From the NCBI GenBank assembly GCA_965153285.1, contig OZ229112.1: a DNA stretch of 64,000 bases; one strand, written 5' to 3'. The notes beneath the pieces are model-generated. The model saw only the letters and a program-made list of their open reading frames with translations. It was not told where the DNA came from and did not search any database. The first letter of the stretch is position 1. Each line of letters begins with the position of its first letter. This DNA comes from Podarcis tiliguerta (lineage: Eukaryota). Position numbers and translations under genes: made by a program. This document shows, piece by piece, positions 51,979-64,000 of this stretch.

Positions 51979-54649
51979 ATCTAGAATGCTAAGATTTGCT
52001 ACAGATGTGCAAAATACCCAAATTTTGTGTCTTCTGGAGATGTTCTTGTAGTGTTTACATACATAAATGTTGTAGAACACACCCCAATCCAGTTTTTAAA
52101 AGGTGGTCAAGCTGGCTTGTTTAATAACAAAACCAAGTTGTTAAAAACCAATAAAAATAGATCCCCCTGAAAGACAGAATGAAACAGATATGAAACACCA
52201 GAGAAGTGGTAGAATGCAGAATACTTTGCTGACAGGTGCTTTGTGGAATGAACACTATGGGAATTTTAAGGCTTGACAGGAGCCTATTTGTGAAAGTTGT
52301 GGAATATGTGTGCTATATAAATGGCTATTATCTTCTGAAAAACTGCATGTTATCTAACTAAACCATATGCAGAGTGGACCCATTGGAATCAGTTGTATTG
52401 AGTTATTTGTCTTGATTTCAATAGGTCTTTTCTGAGTTTGACTAATGTTGGATATCACCCTGTATAAATACCCCCCCAAAGAAATAAAGATATGGAGGGT
52501 TTTATAAACCCCTAGACTTGTACAGAGAGTACCTACCCTGGCCCTTGGTTGGTTGACTGGCTTCCTTCAAAGTTGACTTTCATGTGTTTTATTTCATATG
52601 GAAATAAAACACATTTGCTTGTAGGGTTCTGAATCCTGCTTAGTCAGAGGAAAACAATAAAGTGCAGAGCTCATAGAAGGAACATAAGAGGCTACCCTAT
52701 ACTCAATCAGAACACTGGTCCATTAAGTTTGGGAATTGTCTACACTGACTGGAAGAGATTATCCAGGGTTTCACTCTGGGGATATTCTCTATCTGAACAT
52801 ACTGGGGATGGAACATGGGGAAATGTTCTGCCACTGAGCTATGACACTTCCCCAATTAACTAGAAACACATTTTAAAGGTTAGATCCCTGAACTGCAATG
52901 CATCTTCTAGAAAGACATAAGGCTAACTTACCAAAAGAAAACTAAAAATCAATTATTGGTATTCCAAATCATCAATCTTCCCCATGAGAAATTAAGCAAT
53001 GTGTGTGCTGTGATTTGAGTGTTCAATCACGGAACAGTGAGAAGTTTAGAATATTTTACAAATCACAACAGACCATCCATACTAACAATAAGTGTTTCAA
53101 TAACATCTTGTGGTTTTTTTAATCAAGATTTTGCTGTGTATGCACCCAAATCTTCTCTTTGAAACAAGAAGACTCTGTTCAGAAAACATGCGGCACAGAT
53201 ACACATGGAACTCATTAAAATGAAAGCTAATGTAAATTAATCCAGCTGCCTGCTGAGAGCGCAGAGAGGAGAGAATTTGTTTATTTTGCTAATTGGGAAG
53301 TATTACAGCTTTCCAGGACCTTGGCAAGGGCCCAAAGAGCTATTTAGGCATGCCTAAGGGCTTAAATGCCCAGTGAAGTTTTGGACTTTTTTTTTAAAAA
53401 AAAGAAAACTTCTGATGCAAGGTTGATTATAAATATGATGCGGTGGTGTGATGTCTAAGAGGCACAAACCTAAAGCCCCCTTAATCATGTGATGCTTTGA
53501 CCACTGAACTTTAAAGCTGCGATCCTACACACTGACCTTGGAGTAAATCCCATTAAATTTGATGGAGATTGCTTCTGAGTAGATGTGAATAAGATTACAC
53601 TGCCAAGGGCATCCAACGACATAGCTATCATTATCATTATTTACATTTAGACAATTTCCAAAGTCATAACTTGTCAAAAACAAACAAACCCCATCTTAGG
53701 CAGACTATTCATCCTACTTTGTGATTTATGCATTTGTTCAGACACTACCATCAGGTAATCGTTTGTATGAATCAACACAGAAAGAACTTTTGTATCACCC
53801 AATGTATTTGGCAGAGTCATCAAGCATAGGGCAATTCAGGTGAAGTACACGCAGCATGATTAATCATCATTCCCTCCATTATCAATGTTCAAAGATGAGT
53901 GTCATTCACAAGAGAGGCAACAGCAGGCTTGGGGAAGTATGAATTTTTTTAGGGGAAAAACCCTTAGGGGGTAGGGAAACCTCCCAAAAAGAGCTCAATG
54001 AAGATTGAGAGCAGTCATGAATTGAGGAGGGCGAAGTTATGGAATGGCTGGAATTCTGAACAGGAACACTCTACACTGTAACATTTTGTTGCAGTTTTGT
54101 GTTCAAATGTGTGTTATAAAATGTGTACATAGCAATATTAGTTTAAGTAGGACAGATATACGAACACACTACAAGCCGAGTCACCCTTAATACTTGATAG
54201 GAGCAATTCTTTACATACCTCTTTGGAAGTCAGCTCTAGCAAGTTGGCTTTAAAAGAGGAATAGACAAATTCATGGAGAAGGCTCTTGATGGCTACTAGC
54301 CATGGTGCCTATGCTCTGCCTAGACAGGCTTCTGGTTGGCTACTGTGAGAACAAGATGCAGGACTAGATTCAGTAAGCTCTTATTTCCTAATAGAAGCTA
54401 CTGCTTCTGATGGCTGTATAGTACCTTCAAGACAAGAGGAAGCTGACTACCAGCTGCTGATAAGAAGGGACAGTGCTGTGTTGTCCTTAGGTCTTTATGT
54501 AGAGACTCCCTACAAGGTGAGTTAATGGTTTAACAGAAGTTACTTCTCATGAGGCCCAGAGCCTGCATAGAATAGCAACAAACCTCTCCAGCCAGGCTGC
54601 ACCTCTCAGTCAGCTCTCCTGGGTTGTGTTTCTCTTCAATATAGTGCAT

Positions 54650-55634
54650 TGTTGTTGTTGATTAGTGGTTTACTCGTGTCCGACTCTTTGTGACCCCATG
54701 GACCAGAGCACACCAGGCACTCCTGTCTTCCACTGCCTCCGGAAGTTTGGTCAAACTCATGCTGGTAGCTTCCAGAACACTATCTAACCATCTCGTCTTC
54801 TGTCATCCCCTTCTCCTTGTGCCCTCAATCTTTCCCAACATCAGGGTCTTTTCCAGGGAGTCTTCTCTTCTCATGAGGTGACCGAAGTATTGGAGCCTCA
54901 GCTTCACGATCTGTCCTTCAGTGAGCACTCAGGGCTGATTTCCTTACGAATGGAGAGGTTTGATCTTCTTGCAGTCCATGGGACTCTCAAGAGTCTCCTC
55001 CAGCACCATAATTCAAAAGCATCAATTCTTCGGCGATCAGCCTTCTTTATGGTCCAGCTCTCACTTCCATACATCACTACAGTGGTACCTCGGGTTAAGA
55101 ACTTAATTCGTTTTGGAGGTCTGTTCTTAACTGAAACTGTTCTTAACCTGAAGCACCACTTTGTCTAATGGGGTCTCCTGTTGCCACTGTGCCGCTGCTG
55201 CACGATTTCTGTTCTCATCCTGAAGCAAAGTTCTTAACCCGAGGTAATATTTCTGGGTTAGCGGAATCTGTAACCTGAAGCGTATGTAACCCGAGGTACC
55301 GCTGTACTAGGAAAACCATAGCTTTAACATTACGGATTTTTGTCAGCAAGGTGGTGTCTCTGCTTTTTAAGATGCTGTCTAGGTTTGTCATTGCTTTTCT
55401 CCCAAGAAGCAGGCATCTTTTAATTTCGTGACTGCTGTCACCATCTGCAGTGATCATGGAGCCCAGGAAAGTAAAATCTCTCACTGCTTCCATTTCTTCT
55501 CCTTCTATTTGCCAGGAGGTGATGGGACCAGAGGCCATGATCTTAGTTTTTTTGATGTTGAACTTCAGACCATATTTTGCGCTCTCCTCTTTCACCCTCA
55601 TTAAAAGGTTCTTTAATTCCTACTCACTTTCTGC
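54650..55634 (-). mobile_element. BovB/RTE LINE 3' fragment with nested MITE
   Basis: KVKEESAKYGLKFNIKKTKIM-type RT C-terminal motif (RVKEES here); TSD CAATATAGTGCAT at 54637-54649 and 55635-55647. Confidence 0.88.
55080..55304. mobile_element. Tc1/mariner-type MITE nested in BovB
   Basis: Same TIRs; duplicates the TA within the BovB sequence CATCAC-TA-CTAGGAAAACC. Confidence 0.88.
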
Positions 55635-55978
55635 CAATATAGTGCATACGTTACACAATTGTCCTCATCTACCTTGTGGACTTTCCAGGTTAACTTCTGT
55701 GGGCAACAGGATGTTGGTTGGGCGGATCCAGCCTGGTTCTTCTTGGGTCAAGAGTGCATTAAATGGCAGCATTAAAAAAAAAGTCACCTCCAAACAATCC
55801 ACCCAGGGATTATTCATCATATATTGCTTGCTTGTCAGCTGCTGAGGGAATATTTAATATAACCTTAAAAAAAAAGAGTAGTTCTCCTTTTTATGGACAG
55901 GAGCCCAACACAAAATAGTAACTTTCCAGAAGGCAAGCAACCACTCTTTCCACCCTTTTCCTTCCACACAAACACACC

Positions 55979-56369
55979 CAGTGCCAGATTAACGTATAAA
56001 CTAAACAAGCTATAGCTTAGGACCCCACTGTCTTGGGGTAAGCTAAACAAGCTATAGCTTGGGACGCTACTGTCTTGGGCCCCCCCAAAAAAATTAAAAG
56101 AAAAAAAACTGGATGTACATTTCTTAAATATAAGATAAAAATAAAACAAAATAAAACCTACATACAGCAACAGTGTTTCGTCTTGTGTAGGCTCCTATTT
56201 GTTATGTGCAAATGGCTTTAGATACCTATTAGGTCCATAAATTACCATAAAGCGTATATTCAACACAAAAAACAGTGGCAATTTTTTGTTGACAAAGGAC
56301 AGATGGGCATATAAAGGGCCCCATTACCTTCAGTAGCTTAGGGCCTCATCAAACTTAAACCCGGTCCTA
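55979..56369. mobile_element. hAT-like MITE abutting the OPN3 CpG island
   Basis: Degenerate TIRs CAGTGCCAGATT / AACCCGGTCCTA; degenerate 8-bp flanks; internal ~42-bp tandem duplication. Confidence 0.55.
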
Positions 56370-56399
56370 AACAACTCCCTTCCCTAACTCGAATTAAAT

Positions 56400-57300
56400 T
56401 CGCTCAGGATCGGACTTAAACTCCGACGGACTGCCGCTGGCGAGGGGAGCCCGCTGGAGCCCCCGCTGACTTCCCAGCTTCCCGCGCTTCGCCTTCTCCG
56501 CGGGGAAGCAGCACGAAGCGACTCCGCGCGGCGCGCCGGCCCTTCCAAGCAAGGCGCCTCACGACGCCCCTCGCCAGCTTCTCTTCAGGCTGGCGGGCGG
56601 GCCGGAGGCGGGCCCAGGCCCATGGCCCCTCCCTCCCCCGCCCTTGTGGCGCCAAGAGCGGACGCGGCGGGAGCGCTTCTTCTGCTGGCTCCTGGACGGA
56701 CGGACTCAGGCGCGCTCGCAAGAGCCGGGCGCTGCTGCGGAGGCTGCGCTGCGGCGGCGACCGTGGTGGTTGTGGCGACATGTGAGCGGAGTTTTTTTGC
56801 GCGCCAACGCCGAGCGATGTACTCCGGGAATAGCAGCAGCCGCAGCAGCAGCCTGCAGCCGACGCCGGGGGAGCAGGACTCGGAGCAGCAGCCGGTGCAG
56901 CCGCCGGACCCGGCGGCGGGGCCGCCGTTCAGCGCCAGCACCTACGAGCTGCTGGCGCTGCTGCTGGCCACCATCGGCATCCTGGGCTTGTGCAACAACC
57001 TGCTGGTGCTGGTGCTGTACGCCAAGTTCAAGCGGCTCCGCACGCCCACCCACCTCTTCCTGGTCAACATCAGCCTCAGCGACCTGCTCGTGTCGCTCTT
57101 CGGCGTCTGCTTCACCTTCCTCTCCTGCCTGCGGAACCGCTGGGTGTGGGACGCCGCCGGCTGCGTGTGGGACGGCTTCAGCAACAGCCTCTTCGGTAAG
57201 GGGAGCCGCGGAGGGCGAGGGCGCCTCTGGCCATGTGCAGAGAGACGCGGTCCAGGCGGGGAGAAGGGTGAAAGAGGAGCTCGCTGTATGCTCTGTGTGT
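56400..57300. promoter_or_regulatory. CpG island / OPN3 promoter with GC boxes
   Basis: Very high GC and CpG density against a CpG-depleted background; GGCGGGCGGG and GGCGGG boxes at ~56592-56612; spans OPN3 exon 1. Confidence 0.85.
56817..57195 (+). CDS. OPN3: Opsin-3 (encephalopsin/panopsin) coding exon 1
   Basis: MYSGNSSS...[60 protein letters not shown]...[18 protein letters not shown] covers opsin TM1 to TM3 with the MYSGN start typical of OPN3. Donor G|GTAAG; divergent from WDR64. Confidence 0.96.
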
Positions 57301-60300
57301 GTGGTTCCAGATCAACACTTCTGTCTTTTCAGTAAATGAATACTTAGGAGGAAAGAGAAGGGTGCAGTCTCCCTGGCAGCCCATTTCTCCCACTTGCGCC
57401 TCCCGGAATAACGGACTGCCCTTCCTCCAACCAGCTGGCCTCTCTCCTGTAATCCCTTCAGGTCAAGTCCTGTATGGCCTCCTTTTCTTCCCTCCCTTTC
57501 CTCGGATTATAATCACCGGACCCAGAATGTGGTTGGTGAGAGTGAGTGCAATCCCCTCACGTTCTGTCAAAATTAGATGATGCCTCTGAACACGTGCAGA
57601 GTGCACCTCTCACAGTTCAGTGCTAGGAAATGGAGCTTCTGAGGAATCTGTAGCCTGAACGTTATTCTGGCAATATAGGTGTCTTTTGGCTTGAACTAGA
57701 AACTGCCATAAATGCTGCACATCACCCCATCACCCCACCCCGTCTTATTTTCCACTTCATGTCTGTGCTCCCTATGCATGCTCATTCCTGGTCCTGCAGG
57801 TGGTATCACTTTCATTTCACACCCAACCTTCTGATATGCAGATTTTCTCCTTTCTCCTCTAGGTTCTTTGGGGTGTCTTCCCATCTCATTAGGAAAGGGT
57901 GGGTTGTAGATCCATGAAGCAAGAATTGTGTAGACCCAGGACATCCCTTTGCAGAACACTAGCTGAGCGATGATACCTGATCACTTTGGTCTGCAGTGCT
58001 GCATGCATGGTCTTGCTTCTTATTTGTACAAGTGGTACTGAGGGTTTTACGCCAGTTGCATAGATCTGCAGAGCCTTCAGGCTTATGTCTTTGTGGAAAT
58101 GTCCACTTAGTGGGACTGAAAATTATCCTGCACTTCATTTTGTAGGTACGTTAGTAACAATAAAGGGATGCTGCTTGCAAATACAACATTAGGCAAGTCT
58201 GGCAGTTTTGAAGTGCTTAGCCTTGTTTATTAAATAAAAGTAAAACAAATGTGCTAAATTAGACCATGCTTTAGGGCACCAGAATATATCCTGATGCAAA
58301 CTGAAAATTACCATATGCAAATTTGCATAGGATTTTTTTTTTCTGGGGAAAAATCCAGCTCAGGTTTTTTTCCTGCCAGAAAACCCACATCCCTTCATTC
58401 CACACAGTTCAGTGGCTGCTTCCTGTGCACTTTCTAGACCTCCTGTGTACACAATCCCAAGTGTGAGGAAACTTTGACCCTCCAGATGCTGTTAAACTAA
58501 CACTCTCATCAACCCCAGCAAGAGTGGCTGATAGCCATGGATGATAGGAATTGTAGCTTAGCATCCTCCGGAGGGGCAAAGGCTCCCAACACTTGCCATT
58601 CCCTGTGCCTCATAGATCTAACCTCTCGCTCTGACCATCATTCCATTTTACAAACACCTCCATTTTAGCATTACCCCACCAACACCCGTCCTTTCACCAT
58701 ATCTTTATTTTGCCAGGAGCACACACCACACCTGTACGTGATCTAGGGCAAAAGGCCCCCCAGGAATAACTCTCACCACATTTATGATGCCACCGTCTTG
58801 CATCTGCCTCGATCTAGTCCCCACCTTCCCCACTTAAGTCTTGTGTCTTCATTTGCCCACAGGCACCCATAGTTCCTCTATCAATCAGCTTCCATATCAT
58901 GCACACTGTTTCTAAGTGACCTCTGCAGCTCCTGCTTGACAGCTGAACTTTTGCTTTCCCTTTAAATCCCTGCAAAAGCTCATCTTCTCTATGAGCCTTT
59001 TGACTTCATTCCTGATTGTCATTCCTAACTGTTGCTGATACCAAATCTTCCTCTCTACCCTTGTGTTGTTCCCCGCCTATTGCCAGTTATCTGTATTAGT
59101 GTGAAAGTTCCTTGCAAGGAGGTGATTGCCTTGTTGTTACCTATTCTACTCTGGAAGGCCCTTGTGTACACTGATGGTACCTACTAATGTATGTATCCTA
59201 CTAATAACAGACTCAAGCTTTGAGTGTAGATCCTCAAGATCAGGGTATCAGCAGGCTTGGGGGAACATCAAGATTTCCACAGGTTTTAGATGCTTAAACT
59301 TTAGGGGGGAGCTGTAAAGGGGAAGGGAACCCCAAAACAGCCTAATGCTGACTGAGCATCCTCAGTGGCCATGGAATGCTGATTGACAGAATAGAATGGA
59401 AATCCAGGTGGATGGAGCAGGAGTGAGGAACCTGGATCCCACCAGATGCTGCTGGATGATACTCCCCCCCCCCCTCGAACTATTGACTGTGCTGATGGAC
59501 CGCTGCTTCCTGACCCCAGGAATAGATGGGATGGCTGGCTGGAACCAGAATAGGATCTACTCCACATTGCCTCATTTTGTTTTCGGTCCCACTAGTAAAT
59601 AATTTCAGGGCAAAACCACCTGCATCATTCTCCATTTCTTTTCTAATCTGCTACTTCCTTGGCAATTTCAAATTCATTTTTCTTGTCTTTTCCTCAGACC
59701 CATCAGATACGTCCCCACCTCCTTTCATTCATATTTCCTTGCGTTTCTACAGCACCCAGGATGATTCACAACATCAGCGTTCAATCTATGAGTACGTTTT
59801 CCCTCATCTTCAGTTGATTCCCCACCCCCACCCCAAAATGAATCACAGGCTGCAGCTGTTGTGATTCAGGTATCTTTGTGAACCAAAATCACACGATTTT
59901 GTTTGTATGTTTTCCTTCCCGAAGTGGAAAATGGGTGAAACTGCTGGAGAACAATTCAAACAATGCTAGTGGAAATTTGCTTCCCCTTCTCTGAAACCAT
60001 TTGCAGAGACATGTAGTCATTAAACTACATTTAAATTGGTGTCTTCAGTAGAACGGAGTATGCCTTTGAATTCATTAAAACACACACACACTCCCAGGTA
60101 AGATAGCTATCCCCAGATTTCTTACATTCACTTGACATGCCAGGAGTCTGTAGCTATTTTTGTAGAAAAGCTAAAAGTACATGCACAAGGAAGCCATTTG
60201 TGATGACACATGTACCACATCGCTGGAAAGCAGTCACAACCTCCTCCTAACTCCTGTGTGCTTCTATGCCTGGCAAATTCCTTTTGAAGGAATTTAAGAG

Positions 60301-63300
60301 CCAAAGCATTTCCATGAAAAGTAGAGCTGGTGTCAGAGAGTGGCCCTCCTGGCCTCTGTGTCTGGGTCCCAGGCAATAACCCATACCAGCTCTGCTTTGC
60401 ACAATCTCTGAGTGTTTTGGCCTGGCTGAAATGTGTCCTGATGGTGCTTCCTTCTTTCCTGGATGGAAGATAAAGAGGGTTGTGTGTGTAGAATCTAGCT
60501 TACTGCACAGAGGAAAATTAACACTTGATGGTTTGCCCACGGTTGCCTCTGACTTTGGCTGCTGCTGGTAGCGGTGGAGAAAGCTGATCGGGCGCCTGGG
60601 GCGGCGCGCGTGCCCAGCCGCCTGCAGGTGGTGGGCCAGCCAAGGCAGGATGCTCAGTGGAGCCTCTGGAATCTACCTGCCCCCTCCCACTCAGGTGCCC
60701 TACAGCAGGAGGGATGGGTAGGCAGCGGGTGGACCGTTTGGGCAGTGGGGAGCCTGTGTGCGCCCAAGGCACTGCGTCTTTCCCAGGCTCGGGTGCGCTG
60801 CAGGCCCCGTGGTGGGTGCCGTCTGGCATTTTTTCAACCCCCTCAGTGGTGACACCCGGGGCAGCCTGCCCCCACCACACCCCGCTTCCTCCACCCCTGG
60901 CTGCTGGTGTGCAGCCCCCCAAAGATTGTCCCAGAAAGAAATGTGGCCCTTGGGCTGAAAATGGCTTCCCATTCCTGATGAAAAGCCTTACTTTTTAAAA
61001 AAATAATGCCAGCAACATGATGGCTGCATGCACATAATATTGGAGGTTTCCGTACCTGGGGAATGGATTCCTCCGAGGGCTGTTCACACACAGGTGGGCA
61101 TCACTTGGTTTCTCTACAGTCAGTTATTCTTGGGCATGCAGATGCTCCAGATGATGCATTTGTTGTTTGTGTGTGTAGGGAGTGGGGAACCCGTGGCTCT
61201 CCAGATATTGGTGAATGCTAGTTCCCATAAGCCCTGCCAGCATGCTCAGTGGTCAGGGTCCCATTGAAACAAATGTGATTTGCACAGACCATCTTCAAGC
61301 TCATGTGCAAATAGGTTCTATGGGCCTGCTAATATAGGAACTTAAAGGCGAAGTCCCTGATTCTCACTAAAGGTTATCTGCAGGGGGAAGGCAGCTCAGC
61401 TAAGCCTTGCTCCTTCACTCATTCATAATCTATATTCCCAATCCATGTGTCAGCTGGTGCTCATTCTAAGCAAATACATTTGTGGATGCTGTCTTGGAGT
61501 GCTTTTGCTTTCACTGCCTTGATTGGAGTTGTCAGCTTTTAAAAAATGCTGCATGGTACCTAGCACTTTATCCTCAAAAGGACTCAATCTCTTCTTGTAC
61601 CATACAGAAAAGCACAAATTGTTCTAATGTGCTATTTTCTGCATTGTGGCAAGAAGCCGTCATCTGCAAGCCACAGCTCCCTTTAGGATGTTATCTCAAC
61701 TGCTTTTTGACAGTCATACATCGGAAAGGAATTAAGTCCCTTCTTAGAAATCTCATTTAAGATCGACATCTGACTTCTGATTGTTGATCGGTTGGAATGC
61801 AACATTGGCATCTGCCGGAAGTTCAGCTGCCCACTTAAAAGAGGTGCACACCTTATAGTCCAGGAACATATCATACAGAGTGGTGCAAGTTAAGACTGTG
61901 GTTGTAAACACAGTTGCAAAGGGGGTAAACCCAATGGAATGCAGTAGGAGTTGCTTCCAGGTGAGCAGGTGGAGATTTGTGCTACTTGCCTTTGGAAAAT
62001 AAGAAAATAAACCCTCTGACAACAGTAATGATAATGTACAGAGACACTGTGGCAGTGCTTTTATAATGAATGCAATTCATATAAACAACAGTTGCAGTGA
62101 CCCAAGTTTATTCATCTTTCCTTGGTTCCTGGCACATGACTGGACATTTAAATAATGTTGATTCTGCTCTCAAATATTTGCCATCCATCTGATGTCTTTG
62201 AGATTAACTTCAGCAAATGGAAGTGAGGAAACACAGCCGGTTTACTCTTTCAGGATATGCTGCAGGGTGTATGGATACCATATTGAATCATTTTTTAATG
62301 AATCATTTTATATGTAATCAGCCATATTGTAAGATGCAACTTGACGGCCAGTGGAGGGAGACAAAGCTTTCATCTTCACATTGAAAACAATTCAAGGGCA
62401 CTTTTCACTATTATTTTTTCTTTTGAACTTAACTGACATGGGGAACAGCTTCTGTTTGTTTAAGGAAATGTTAATAATTTGAGTTAAAGAGGACTGCAAG
62501 GGTCCTAACCATCATCCCCACCCAATCTCTTGTGCTAAGGTGGTATCTTCCATGCTGCACTTCTCCCATCCATTAAGTTCCTCATCTCAACTGTTACTCA
62601 AATTTCTGCAGTTCTAAAATCAGTGATCAGCTGCCCCGTGTCAAATGTGCCTTTCTGGCTCAGGGGTCCATTTAGAAAAGGACCCAGGAAGCATAAGCCA
62701 GTAAATTAGGCACTGTTAAATAACCAAGTTCTTTCGTAAGGATATAAAGGCCAGTTTTACGAAGTTGTATTTAGAAAGTAGGTCAGTATGTACACACAGG
62801 CACAGTGATGCGTAAAATTAACTTTCCCATAGAATTTTTCACTTAGTTGGTTTTTGCAGTCGAAGAGTGGTAGAGCAGCATCTTTACATTGTAGAACGGA
62901 AATAGAAAGGTGGACATAGCTGTTCGCCAAATCCAAAATTGAGTCTCCTGCTTTAATGCATTTTTTCCTACTGCCATACAGCTAGAAAATCACTTCTGTT
63001 GTGTCACTCTATTCAGGCCTGACTCTGCAGGAGCAGTAAGCTGAGCTGCTGAGGGAGCTAAAAGGTGGTAGGGGGTTGCACAGGCATGCATCCGGCACGG
63101 CTTTTGGCCCATGGGCTGCATGGCGCACCTTGCTCTTTTTCCCATTTGGACCCAACTATTCCTTCAGCTTCTGCTAATGATGCTGGACCTGTCATATGCA
63201 GAATCGTACTGTTGGCATTGGCGCGCAGTGACCCTCCAAAGTTGTAGACAGGGGCCTTTTTCAGCCGTACCTGGAGATGCCAGGGATTAAACCCGGAACC

Positions 63301-63821
63301 TTTTGCAAGCGAAGGAGATGCTCTGCCGCTTTCTGGAATTTGGAGGTGGGTGTGGCAAAGTGCATGCAATGCTACTGAGAGAATGAGGAATTAATAACTG
63401 CAAAAGGGGCTATCTTCTGTTCCAAGGTAGCAGGGGAAAGAAAGATCCCTAGGTGCTGTTTGTGTTGCTTGATAAGGAGGTCTGCATCTCAGTTGTGTTC
63501 TGTTTTACAATAAGCTGTTAAGTTCCTTTAGTAAGTAGTCACATCTGTTCTTACTGGAAGCCTGAGGGTACCGCCAATTCTACCACAGGCTTTTCTTTTT
63601 TGAAGGCTTCATTTCCAACTTCCAGGGGTGACTTGGGCTGTACTCACATGGCAGCTTATTCCATTTCCCTCCATTCTAAGTTCTGCACTATATTTGAGCT
63701 TTCACGTGAAACAAAATGCACTTGCAGAAATATAGCACAAGTTTAGTGCTCATTGCCATCTTATTTGCTTCCAGAAAAAAAGCTTGTACATAGCATGGAA
63801 ATGTGTGCTAAACTTGCCCTA

Positions 63822-64000
63822 TGTTGTTGTCGTTTAGTTGTTTAGTCGTGTCCAACTCTTCGTGACCCCATGGACCAGAGCACGCCAGACACTTCTGTCT
63901 TCCACTGCCTCCCGCAGTTTGGTCAAACTCATGCTGGTATCTTCGAGAACACTATCCAACCACCTCGTCCTCTGTCGTCCCCTTCTCCTTGTGCCCTCCA
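63822..64000 (-). mobile_element. BovB/RTE 3' end (runs off window)
   Basis: Near-identical to the other BovB 3' ends in the window. Confidence 0.85.

Noticed and set aside
56622-57335. 237-aa ORF as the complete OPN3 protein
   Set aside because: It runs past the exon 1 donor at 57196 into the intron; only 56817-57195 is opsin-like.
56416-57339. Multiple overlapping ORFs in the CpG island
   Set aside because: Expected artefact of GC-rich, stop-poor sequence.
60518-61091. GC-rich block with several ORFs in OPN3 intron 1
   Set aside because: No opsin similarity, so not exon 2. Its right end resembles a hAT MITE terminus.
57196-64000. CHML retrogene, present in human OPN3 intron 1
   Set aside because: No long REP/GDI-like ORF in the visible part of the intron; CHML is a mammalian retrocopy and is not expected here.

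Overview
Eukaryotic (vertebrate) genomic DNA. The repeat set (Sauria SINE, BovB/RTE, L2, CR1, hAT and mariner MITEs) points to a squamate, probably a lacertid lizard. Two genes are arranged divergently, as I recall them in the human OPN3-WDR64 locus. On the - strand are WDR64 coding exons 1-14 (ATG at 44718; the gene continues off the left edge). I reconstructed them by hand; all have GT-AG boundaries and consistent phases, including a 30-nt microexon. On the + strand is OPN3 (encephalopsin) coding exon 1 (56817-57195) in a CpG island, followed by intron 1. The rest is repeat-rich intronic or intergenic DNA. The most unusual object is a young ~3-kb two-ORF LINE in WDR64 intron 9 (15163-18145, - strand). 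It is 5'-intact but 3'-truncated before the reverse transcriptase, has no tail, and is still flanked by a 14-bp TSD. ORF2 has no ATG ahead of its endonuclease domain and sits in frame behind a single TGA-CTG stop, suggesting stop-codon readthrough. The truncated ORF picks up a new stop codon and an AATAAA from the antisense L2 tail it landed in. Family names are from recollection, not database searches.
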